A stretch of DNA of 64,000 nt from Octopus sinensis (Eukaryota). This document shows, in pieces, positions 52,936 to 64,000 of this stretch. The stretch's first letter is position 1, and every line of letters begins with the position of its first letter. Where the stretch lies: NCBI RefSeq assembly GCF_006345805.1, contig NC_043013.1, forward strand, positions 18,352,001 to 18,416,000, in the 5' to 3' direction. Under the pieces are notes generated by a model. That model did no database searches. It was not told the origin of the DNA and saw nothing but the letters and a program-made list of their open reading frames with translations. Made by a program: the position numbers and the translations under genes.

Positions 52936-53124
52936 TAGAATATTGGACAAAATTTCTTGCCACTTTTGTCATATTCCTTGACGTTCGGGTTCAAATCACG
53001 TTGTGGTCAACTTCATTTTTTCTCCTTAGAAGGCATAAAATTCCAATCAATTATTGGGAGTAAAATTTAATCGACTTCACTTTTCCTCAATATTTGTATT
53101 CTTCTACCTAAAAAAATCATTATT

Positions 53125-53600
53125 ATTAGAACAGTTTTAAAGGCAGGAAGTTGGCGGAATCGTTAGCACATCGGACAAGATACTTGCAGGAATTTTGTCC
53201 ATCTTTACGGTCTGAGTTCAAATTCCGCCACGGTCGACTTTACCTTTCATCCTTTTGGTATCGATAAAATAAATACCAGTTGAGCACTGTGGTCAATGTA
53301 ATCGACTTACCCACTTCCCTAAAACTTCAGTCCTTGTATCTATAGCAGAAAGGGTTACTAGAGCAGTTTTAAAGGCGGGAAGCTAGCAGAATTGTAAGCA
53401 CGTCGGACAAAATAGCGGAATTTTGTCCATCATTACGTTCTGAGTTCAAATTCCGCCAAAGTTGATTTTGCTTTTCATCCTTTTGGGGTCGATAACTAAA
53501 AAACAATTGTGTACCGGTGTCAGTGTAATGGACTAGCCACATCCTCCCCAAATTTCAGACCTTGTACCTATAGCAGAAAGGATTACTAGAACTGTTTTAA
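53125..53600 (+). mobile_element. Two tandem SINE family B copies with the alternative tail
   Basis: Units bounded three times by tagaacagttttaaaggc-like sequence. Confidence 0.8.
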
Positions 53601-53722
53601 GCCGATGTGCTTGTTAAAAGATATATATCAGCTACAAAGGCGGTATTAATACGGAGAGGTAATATTTAACTCCATTTAAACGTAGAAGTTCTGTTGGAGC
53701 AAACTTTGCTGTTGTAGATACC

Positions 53723-54391
53723 ATGAGAGGATCTCTCATGTTGGCTTTTGGTGCAAAATGCATTTTTGTTTGTATTGCATGCGGGGAGATAAATCCCCAC
53801 CAACTAATGCCCCGAAGAACCGATGTTTAACACACCTTTGAGATGGGGAATGGTGTAAATGTTCAAATACTTTCCTGTCCATAACTCTTATGCCAAAAAG
53901 ATGGAACACAACCTAGTCCTAGTGATAGCCAAGATGATAGCCAAGGACTAGGTAGTTTAATCATGAACTCAGATCGTAAAGTGATATCTAATTAAATAAT
54001 TAAAAAAAACTTAAAATCTTGAAGTAAAAACAGCTGTAGGCTTTTTCAAGATTCCTTATTATACTTCACAGAGCCCCCACGACTGTCGGAAATGATATCT
54101 TCAAACCGGGGTTCTGCCTGAATTCTCACAACAGAGTGGACTAAAGGCATTCACGAACCAGGTAGTAGTGATAAACTGGGTGACTACAGAGTAGATTCCA
54201 CTAAAGGTGCTCAAAGACTTGACAGTGGTATTAAACCGGGTGACAGCAGAATGGATTCTACTAAGGGAACCCAAGGGCCAGGTGATGACGGTAAACTAGG
54301 TGACAACAGAGTCGACTCTACTAAAGGTATCCAAGGACCAGGTAGTGGAGTTAAATGTGGAAACATGATGTCTAATACTCGAAAGCAATAA
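53723..54391 (+). pseudogene. Frameshifted candidate gene for a secreted protein with 20-aa repeats (GDxRxDSTKGxQGPGxxxKx)
   Basis: AG acceptor just before ATG 53723; hydrophobic N-terminus MRGSLMLAFGAKCIFVCIACG; 96-nt GT-AG intron candidate 53976-54071; three exact 60-bp coding units at 54179-54358; stop at 54389-54391. The frames are not continuous. Confidence 0.4.
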
Positions 54392-55555
54392 TGGTTCCAT
54401 CGATGACCTCACACGCAGCTCCTGTGTACCAGAATTTTATTCACAAGGCTGAGGTTATAGTAGACAACATTTTACGCACAGCGATGGGTAGTGGGATCGA
54501 ACCGCAAAACTCATGGCTCCAAAGGGAACTTTCTAATCACACAGCCATGTGACAAAGAAAAATAGTAAATTATTGGGAATAGAGATTAGGTTTTAGAAGG
54601 TTTTTGCAGATATCGGAAGAAGAATGAAATTGGATTAGAAAACTTGGAGGAATCCGGAAGAATTATGACGAAATCAAATTAGAATTATTAAGGCGATTAG
54701 AAATTGGCAGATTATTGTTGGTAGTAAAGAAATGGCGATGTTATTGTGTAAGAGATACACCTAAAAGATATCATTGCTATCAGTGTTTTATCTGGTTAAA
54801 ATGTTGAACAACTTTCGTCATAGGAAAATATCAACTTTGGATTTTATAACAAAACCACTGCAACAACAAAACCGTGGGGTAACAAAATACATTTTGCTGC
54901 TACAATTACAACTACTATTGCTGTTGCTGTTGTTGTTGTTTAACCACAGGCCAGTCCTCGTGAAGTATTATCCAGTTAATTCATTTTTCTTTTTAATGAT
55001 TGGATCGGCTAATGGATTAAGATGTTTACTTGACAAAATTCATGTCTCAGGTTTGATTCCATCGCGAGACATCTTGGAGCCAGTTGTTTTCCTTTTACCC
55101 GGATCAACCAATATCTTGTGGATGAAATTAGGTAGACAAAAACTGTTCGGAAGACCTTTGGACAGATTGTCCCTATAATCCGACCAACTTCATCTTGTTT
55201 TTTTATTGTATCATCACAATGACTCTACTCGAGAAACATGTAAAATGTACACATGTTTCTGAAATACTCCGCCACGTTACTCTATAGTTTCGCCAACAAT
55301 TAGTCTAGTTAATTGGACAACTGGACCGCTCATCATTGAAGCGAACGGAAGATCCAGGGTCCATCACCATGAGTAGCATTGCGTTGTCATTTCTAACAAG
55401 GTGAGGTAACACATGATGGCTCCCTTGATGAATACATAAAAAATGTTGGTGTGATTGTTGTTGTTTTACATAACTTCAGAACTGATGTTGAATTATGATG
55501 AAATATGTTCTACACACATGCATACACTCTATTCATACTTCACACTCTTTTATTT

Positions 55556-55586
<31 letters not shown>

Positions 55587-55690
55587 TTTATATATGTTGT
55601 ATTATGTATATGTAATAGATATATTATATATAGATCATATATATTATAATATATATATATGTTGGCTTTGTATATTACTGTTTTTATCAA

Positions 55691-55735
<45 letters not shown>

Positions 55736-55766
55736 CACGCACATATATGTATATATGTATGTACAA

Positions 55767-55804
<38 letters not shown>

Positions 55805-55819
55805 TATCTGTGTGTGTTG

Positions 55820-55882
<63 letters not shown>

Positions 55883-55885
55883 TTA

Positions 55886-55958
<73 letters not shown>

Positions 55959-55999
55959 ATCTATCTATCTATCTATCTATCTGTCTATCTATCCTGAAG

Positions 56000-56280
56000 G
56001 TCTGTGGCGTGGTGGTTAGGATGTGGTATTCACAATTACAAGATCGCGGTTTCGATTCCCTGACAGTGAGTGCGTTGTATTTTTGAGCAAAACGCTTCAT
56101 TTTACGTCGCCCCAGTTCATTCAGCCGTAAATGAATAACCCTGAAAAGGTCTGGCGTCCTAATTAGTGAGTAATACTTGCGTGCTCTCCTATCCAACGGG
56201 GTGGCATCATTCGAAAGCTACAGGAATATGACGAAGCGCATTGTGACTAGCGGCGTATAACCACATACTGTGGTCTGATC
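56000..56280 (+). mobile_element. tRNA-derived SINE with a CORE-like centre and a family C-like tail
   Basis: ggcgtggtggttagg A box, ggtttcgattccc B box, and a gggtggcatcattcgaaagcta...gaagcgcattgtgac tail shared with 47720-47770. Confidence 0.65.
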
Positions 56281-57006
56281 GATACAGTATCTCTCTCTCG
56301 CTCTCTCCCTTTCTCTCGCACGCTCACACACACATACATACACGTGCGCGCACACATACGCACGCACGCACACCCTCTCATACATAGAGAGCCTCTCTGT
56401 GGAGACCAGACCCGCCAAAGTTCGACGAAGTGACACGAATTCTCTTCAGTGTTCCGTCTTTCGGAATAAAAAGAAAAACATGAAGTTTTAAATACTGGTT
56501 ATTTGTCCTCAACTCTTACTGTACAAAGGTACATGAGGTGGCGGATCTCCGGCGTTCAACGATGATGATTCGGTTGTTCGATCAATCAAATAATCTCCCC
56601 CTGAATTTGATTATAAGTGGCTGAATATTCCATAGACCCGCCTACGCTTTACGTAATTCTCACATAGAAACTGCGACACAGTTAGTGTGAGATGAGTGTA
56701 ACGTTTAAATTGCAGGTGCAATCCACTCACTGGGCTTCCATACAGTTTCCAGCAAACTAATTTCACTCAGTAAATACGAGTATATATGCCGTAGTTATAG
56801 ACGATTACATTAGCCCCAAGATGCTACACAGTGGGATCGAAACCGGGACAACATGTATTAACCATTCAGCCAATACACACACGCACAACTACACACACAC
56901 ACACCACACACACACACATGTACACACATACGTACACATATCTGATGATTAATCTCACATCTTACGAATTGAGCCAATATGAGCCAACAGTCTTTCGCTT
57001 TAATAT

Positions 57007-57418
57007 TTTTTTACTTGGTTTCAGTCATTTGACTGCGGCCATGCTGGAGCACCGCCTTTAGTCGAACAAATCGCGCCCGGGACCTATTCATTGTAAGCCT
57101 AGTATTTATTCTATCGTTCTTTTTTGCCGAATCGCTAAGTTACGGGGACGTAAACACACCAACATCGGTTGTCAAACAATGGTGGGGGACAAATACCGAT
57201 ACACAATACATACACACACATACACACACACACACACACCACACACATATATATGTGATAGGCTTCTTTAAGTTACCGTCTACCAAATCCGCTCACAAGA
57301 CTTTAGTCAGTCCGAGGATAAAGTAGAAGATACCTGCCCAAAGTGCCACGCAGTGGGATTGAACCTGGAAGCATGTGGTCGAGAAGCAAGCTTCTTACCA
57401 CGCAGCCATTATTGCACC
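57007..57418 (-). mobile_element. SINE family A, full length
   Basis: Reverse complement of the consensus. Confidence 0.88.
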
Positions 57419-57464
57419 TATGTATGTCGAAGTTTACATTATGTAATATTTCCTACACAGTATG

Positions 57465-58075
57465 GCGCCGAGCTGGCTAAATCGTTAGCACACCGGGTAA
57501 AATGCTTAGCGGTATTTCGCCCGTCGCTACGTTCTGAGTTCAAATTCCGCCGGGGTAGATTTTGTCTTTCATTCTTTCGGGATCGATAAAATAACTACCA
57601 GCTGAACAGTGGGGTCGATGTTAGTTAGTTAGTTAATTTAATTTGGCTCAAAAGCAAATAGCAAGGCCATGTAGGGGGACATGGAGTAAAGTAAAGAGGG
57701 TGGTGTTCATGTTAAAGAGTTCAGGCCCACTTGAGGTCAAGGGAGGCTTTGAACAAAGCGGTCGTCGGCATCTTCACCATCTCGTCTCGGCAGCTTGTTC
57801 CACGGATCGCAACCCGGACGGAGAAAGCTCCTCTCCTTCGATTGAGATGAAATCGTCGCAGGTAGAGCTTTTCGGAATGACCCCGCAGCCGACGCTCTGG
57901 AGCAGGAGTGAAGAACAGCTCTTTCGAGAGGTTACACTTTCCGCTTATGTGGGCGAGAATGAGATCACCACGGCGGCGGCGTTTTTCTAGAGAATAAAGG
58001 TCGAGCGTCCTCAATCGACTTTACCTACTGCCCCGAAATTGTTGGCCTTGCGCCAAAACTCGAAACGAATATTTC
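57465..58075 (+). mobile_element. SINE family B split by a CR1 insertion
   Basis: The head ends ...ggggtcgatg at 57620 and resumes aatcgactt near 58012. Confidence 0.8.
57621..58010 (-). mobile_element. CR1-clade LINE 3' end with (TAAC)n tail
   Basis: LDLYSLEKRRRRGDLI...RGHSEKL...GAFSVRV...FKASLD; the tail reads ttagttagttag on the + strand. Confidence 0.9.
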
Positions 58076-58854
58076 CTTCCCCACAGCTTCAGGCACCCTG
58101 TAGAGGTCCTCTCTGTGTGTGTATATGTGTGCTTATGTGTGTAAGGGTTACAGATAAGTTGATAGAAGAGAAGTTTGGGAGCGTTAAAAGGAAGACCTTT
58201 GATGTGATTAAAATGATAAAAGCATTTCTCGGAATTGTTGTTTACTGATAAACGGTCGAGTATCGCGCAGGACATTATCATAATTTTATCAGCGATCACC
58301 CAACGTGGTTGTGATGTGGTGTTAAGTTGTTACACCACCTGCGAGACGTAACACCCCAGATTCTCGCCAATGAAAGAAGTCTGCCCTATCACATGATCGG
58401 TTTGAAATAATAGTCGAAATTTGTAGCTGGTGCGGGAGCCTGTACATGGTCACAGAACCTACTAGAAATAACCGTAAAAATCTAAATTAAATCACACCTT
58501 TACAGTCTTAGAATTGGAAGGACTTGTTTGAAGAGAATGGCTGGGACTTTGAGTGTTGGTCTGATCAATCAGAATTCACGTGTAGGTTAAACCACCACCA
58601 CCACCACCACCACTGTATTTTCCACACTTCACCTATGGCCATCCCGTATTATATTTAGACATAATGTATGCAATCAAGGGTCGTTATCATCCAATGTGCC
58701 ACTTCATGCTAGTTTAAAGGCAGCGGACTGGTAATTCAGGGAAATTTGGCCGTTATTTCTAGCATAGTTAACGATTACGTATACAAGATCGGGTCTGATT
58801 GGTTGTGAAGGGTGTTGCAGAACGGCTTCCCTCCATCTCATGTCATACTCTGGC

Positions 58855-58935
58855 TTCTTTCTTTCTTTCTTTCTTTCTTTCTTTTTCCCTTCCTTCCTTC
58901 CTTCCTCCTTCTTCATTTCATTCTTATTTCTTTCT

Positions 58936-58970
<35 letters not shown>

Positions 58971-58972
58971 AT

Positions 58973-59028
<56 letters not shown>

Positions 59029-59039
59029 CTATCTATCTA

Positions 59040-59079
<40 letters not shown>

Positions 59080-59513
59080 ATCTATATATATATATATATA
59101 TATATAATACATATACATATACATATATATATATACAACACGCTCGCGCACAACACACACGCCCCCCAACCCCTCACACACAGAATTCCTCTCCACCCTC
59201 ACTTCGATCCACACTAAATATATATATATATTCGCTATTCAACTGTGAGGGATCCAATTATAATAGCGAGACAAGGAAGAATCTTCTGTGGTATGTTCTT
59301 AATTAAATCATCTGACAACTTGCCGGCTGCAAATCTACGTGTATCGCCTGCCTCCTTCCATTTGTCTTAACAGCTTTGATAATGTCCCTTCACTGTTATG
59401 GACGTCATAAACATCTTGGGATCATCTCTCCCGCGTCTATAATTTCTATTAGAACAGATTCCTACCAGCGAGAAGCAATTGCAATATTACTAGTTATTCT
59501 TGGATATATAATC

Positions 59514-59604
<91 letters not shown>

Positions 59605-59778
59605 TGTCTATCTATCTATCTATCTATCTATCTATCATCTATCTATTCTATCTATCTATCTTTCTGTCTTACTTTCTTTCTTTTTATTCTCTGTGTGTGT
59701 GTATTTATATATATACACACACACACAGACACACGCATATATATATCCATACAATATATACATATCTCTCTCTCTCTC

Positions 59779-59818
<40 letters not shown>

Positions 59819-59844
59819 CATACACACATCTATCTCTATCTCTA

Positions 59845-59916
<72 letters not shown>

Positions 59917-60145
59917 TAAAATACATTTCATTTTACGTCGTTGACAGATAGATGTACGCTGCCCTTCTGCAAACCTGTTAACCAGTCCGACATATATCAC
60001 GTTCACTCCCATATGGACACGAAAACCACGCAACATTCGGAAGGAAAAGAAAACTCAAATAACCAAAGGAAGAAAATGATAGGAACATTTCACTAATGAA
60101 CGACACACGCACGCACGCACACACAGAGCATATGTATGATGTATG

Positions 60146-60206
<61 letters not shown>

Positions 60207-60508
60207 GTTTATTATATAAATTTATGTTTATATGTGTATATATGTAAATAAATTATATATTTATATTGCATATCTATTAGTATGGATATATATTTATACT
60301 AACACCAACACCACACCTACACAATATATATTATATACATGATATATATACATGTATCTCTCTATATTACATATACAATCCTACACATACAAACTAATGA
60401 TATTATACACACTTGTATATATATCTATCTATAAATATATACTTATATACATATAATATATATATATATATTATATATATATTATATATAATATATATAT
60501 ATATATAT

Positions 60509-60558
<50 letters not shown>

Positions 60559-60600
60559 GTATATTAAACATAAATATATATATATATGTATGTGGTTTAT
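58855..60600. repeat. Dense microsatellite block: (CTTT)n, (TCTA)n, (TA)n
   Basis: Visible. Confidence 0.9.
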
Positions 60601-60819
60601 GCATACATATGCATTGACAGAGCCATACACTAATAAAAACATATGTATCCCTGAGTGAGCGTGTGTGTGTTTGTGTGTGTATAATTTTAAACCAAAGACA
60701 ACTCAGTACAAAATCTTACTGCGTAATAATTCTCTTCAAATAATGGGTTAACTCTCGACTACATTTCGACTGAGTTTTACTATTTATGGATCGTCAGGCT
60801 AACGGTTTAATGTAATCGA

Positions 60820-60883
<64 letters not shown>

Positions 60884-61226
60884 TTCACCAAAATATAGAT
60901 TCAGATGAATATGGTACTTAAGTTAAAGGCACCAGAATTTGGTATGGTATTATCCATATAAATCAAAAGGACATTCTACCACCATGTTCTTAATGATGAA
61001 ATTAACCTCTCTGTATCTATATCTACCCTCTTTGTAATGTTGGCAAATGAAATAAGTATAAAAATGTACATTGTCCATTTAATTAAAAAATTCTATATGT
61101 GGCTGAAGACTGCTCGACATTTTAAAACTGATGTAATACTTACATTGTTTAATTAAATGAAGTAGCATGAAACGATTGTACTACACTACCTTGGATCCTT
61201 GTTGATTATTTTGATATATATATACT

Positions 61227-61287
<61 letters not shown>

Positions 61288-61429
61288 ATATATATATATT
61301 ATATATATATATATATTGTGTGTGTGTGCGTGTATACTCTCTCCTGTTTGTAGTAATTATTTAAATTCCTCTGTTTTCTAGCAAAGATACAAAAATTCAT
61401 CGTCGGAATGTAGATAACAAAAATAATGT

Positions 61430-63130
61430 CACTTTAAACTTGAGAAAAGTTTTGCATATTTTTACTGTTCCATTTACAGATTGTATTTCTAATGTGCTAG
61501 TAAGTTGGTTGATCTTTTTTCCCTTAATATTCAAGCTTATCCAGACAGACAGTTACGCTTTTATTTACAAAATCAGGTGCTCCGGTTATTACTGGTATAT
61601 ATGTAAGTTTTTAATCCGGATATAAAAGCTAGAGGTTTCGAAGCAGTTGCCCATATTTATCCCTTTTCGCGTTGATTTTCAAAGAGACTCATATCTGCAA
61701 AACAGCGGACCTCTGTGATGCTACAGACGTTTGTGTGTGTCCTAAATAACAATATCCTGCCTGTTATGCTTACACTTGGCAGATATTTTGATGGGAATCT
61801 TCCACCAGTATTCCATGTGTTGATGTTTGTGTGCGTATTCAATAACAAGGAGATTCTGTATATTTATTCATGGACAGTCTGACTGGCACTGTATATTATT
61901 TTTGCAACAATGACGTGTCGCATAGAAGCTGCTAATCACGTGTAATGCTCTCCACAGAAATATAACATAAATTACATTTTCGGTTGCATCTTGGAACGCC
62001 AAGGGCTTCACTGTCTGTTTTGTTTATTATATATTTAGTAGCAATCGTCTGTTCTTGGATAGCAAATACGTAGCCTTCGAAGTGTAGCGGTCACGAGTCC
62101 AAGAACGGCTTCCTCTTCATGTCAATGTTACTATTTTCTTCAAGTCCTCGGGAAACATACCCATACATTATTGCTTTTTAATTTGCTGAGCGTTTCACAT
62201 CCAGCTCTTCTCCGAGATATGTTATTCCGCCTGTTTGGAGTTATATGGAAGGTCATCAAGGGGAGAGTGCTTCCTGAGGTACACACTGCCCACACACAGG
62301 ATGTTGTTCTCTTCACTTTTTGGCAAGTTAATATATTTATCTTTGCTACTGTTGTTTAGCAAATGCTGTCTGAGAGTGACTATACGATATTCGAAGGCTA
62401 TCTACCCTGATCACAAGCATCTAACTCCTTTATCTCTTTTTAGAGCCTGACGATATCACTGTTTCTGTGGCGATTTCCAGTTGATGTCTATATCTTGCGG
62501 GTTTTAAGGCGGTGAGGTGGCAGAAACGTTAGCACGGCGGGCGAAATGCGTAGCCGTATTTCGTCTGCCGTTACGTTCTGAGTTCAAATTCCACCGAGGT
62601 CGACTTTGCTTTTCATCCTTTCGGGGTCGATAAATTAAGTACCAGTTACGCACTGGGGTCGATGTAATCGACTTAATCTGTTTGTCTGTCCTTGTTTGCC
62701 CCCTCTGTGTTTAGCCCCTTGTGGGTAGTAAAGAAATATATATCTTGCGGGTTTTAACGTCTATGAAGTGGATTTCTTCTACAGACCAGCCACATATTCC
62801 GAATGTTGTAATCAGCAGCAGTGGTACTGAAAATGCATTGTGGAATATTGTCTTCTAAGAAGAGAGTTCCGACTGCCATATTTTTCTAAGTTGGCATAAT
62901 ATTCTCGAGTCACTCCACCCTTATTCACAGTATCTTCGTATGATATGTTTCCCCTAATACCCAGGTATTAGTTACATCAGTAGTAATCTTTGTGTGGGAT
63001 AGGAGAGATAGTGAGACCGTTGATGCACAGGTTTGGGGTCGCGGTACTGATTTTATCCGTTCCACAATCAAATATTAAAATTTCTTTTGGCCAAATTTAA
63101 CTCCTACGACAGCTGCAAACCTTGAACGCA
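61430..63130 (-). mobile_element. Decayed R4/Dong-clade LINE 3' part (post-RT region, zinc knuckle, restriction-like endonuclease)
   Basis: YLGI..NISY, DVKTRK, FEGYVFAIQEQ, CxxC...H knuckle, KHNRQDIV (RLE PD motif), DKYGQLLRNL, IPVITGA, VKICKTFLKF; many stops and frameshifts. Confidence 0.8.
62508..62738 (+). mobile_element. SINE family B inserted in the R4/Dong element, 19-bp TSD
   Basis: TSD tatatcttgcgggttttaa at 62489-62507 and 62739-62757. Confidence 0.93.
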
Positions 63131-63471
63131 GTCTCAGTGGAAACAAATATAATTTTAACCGTTCTGAAATTCAAACTTGATTTTTGAAAACCATTTCATA
63201 GAAATATTAAGTTAGTTCAAGTTAAAAAAAAGAAAAAAAAAACAAAAATTTTTCTTCGAGAATGAATCTAATATAAGGAAACTAACTATAACCTCATGTT
63301 CCATAGATTTTGTCCGGAAGGAAAGGATTTAACGAAAAAAAAAAAAAAAAATTGCTTCGCAGAGGCGTCTTCATTCCATGAAAAGTCTTTTACTGCCAAA
63401 GCATATTTTAAAAGCTAAAGAAATTCAAAAATATCAATTGTTCTCGCTGCTGATCTCATTTTTTAAATGGT

Positions 63472-63833
63472 TTCTACTTGTTTCAGTCATTAGACTGCGG
63501 CCATGCTGGGGCACCACCTTGGGAGATTCGACCTCAGTACTTCTTCTTTAAAGCCTTGTATATGTTCTATCGGTCACTCTGGCCACACCGGTGCTGGTGT
63601 GGTTACGTAGACGTAAACACACCAGCACCGGTTGTCAGGCAATGGTGGGGAAAACACTCACACACACAAAAGATGGGCATCATTCAGTTATCGTCTAGCA
63701 GATCCACTCACAGGGCTTTGGTCGGCCCGAGGCTTGAGTAGAAAACACTTGCTCGAGGCGTCACGCAGTGGGACTGAACCCGGAACCACGAGGTTGGGAA
63801 GCAAGCTTCTTACCACAAAACCACGCCAGAGCC
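63472..63833 (-). mobile_element. SINE family A, diverged near-full-length copy
   Basis: Reverse complement of the consensus head and tail. Confidence 0.8.
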
Positions 63834-64000
63834 TCATAATTTTCCAGCCATTACCCAGCTTCTTTGGTCTCCATATTTCTACTTCCGTTGCTATGCTTCG
63901 TACATGTTGCTGGTCCTACGAACTAAGGATGTTATAGGGTGTTTCAAATTTGTGCCACAGGATGGTGGATCCAGGCAGTATGGAAATACTTTGAGGATAT

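Overview
A 64-kb gene-poor, microsatellite- and transposon-dense eukaryotic region. The SINE, RTE and Penelope content and the microsatellite load point to a coleoid cephalopod, probably Octopus (inference, not a database match). I can support no intact host gene, and most entries in the ORF track are translations of simple repeats. Main elements: (i) a young 5'-truncated RTE LINE with an uninterrupted APE+RT frame and a PHD-type finger inside the RT, whose 3' UTR has been amplified into a 453-bp higher-order tandem repeat; (ii) decayed Tx1/L1, RTE, CR1/L2, R4/Dong, Gypsy and DD37D mariner copies, Helitron-type elements and a MITE with 24-bp TIRs and an 8-bp TSD; (iii) dozens of tRNA-derived SINEs; (iv) a Penelope-like element (RT + GIY-YIG) and many Penelope-type terminal fragments. 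The strongest unexplained signal is a set of about ten type I hammerhead ribozyme motifs from several unrelated families. Four have intact catalytic cores, and all have short palindromic stem III sequences suggesting dimer-dependent cleavage. There is also a frameshifted candidate secreted-protein gene with 20-aa repeats (53.7-54.4 kb) and several long fold-back hairpins. Everything was read by eye: exact motifs are base-checked, but element boundaries are approximate.
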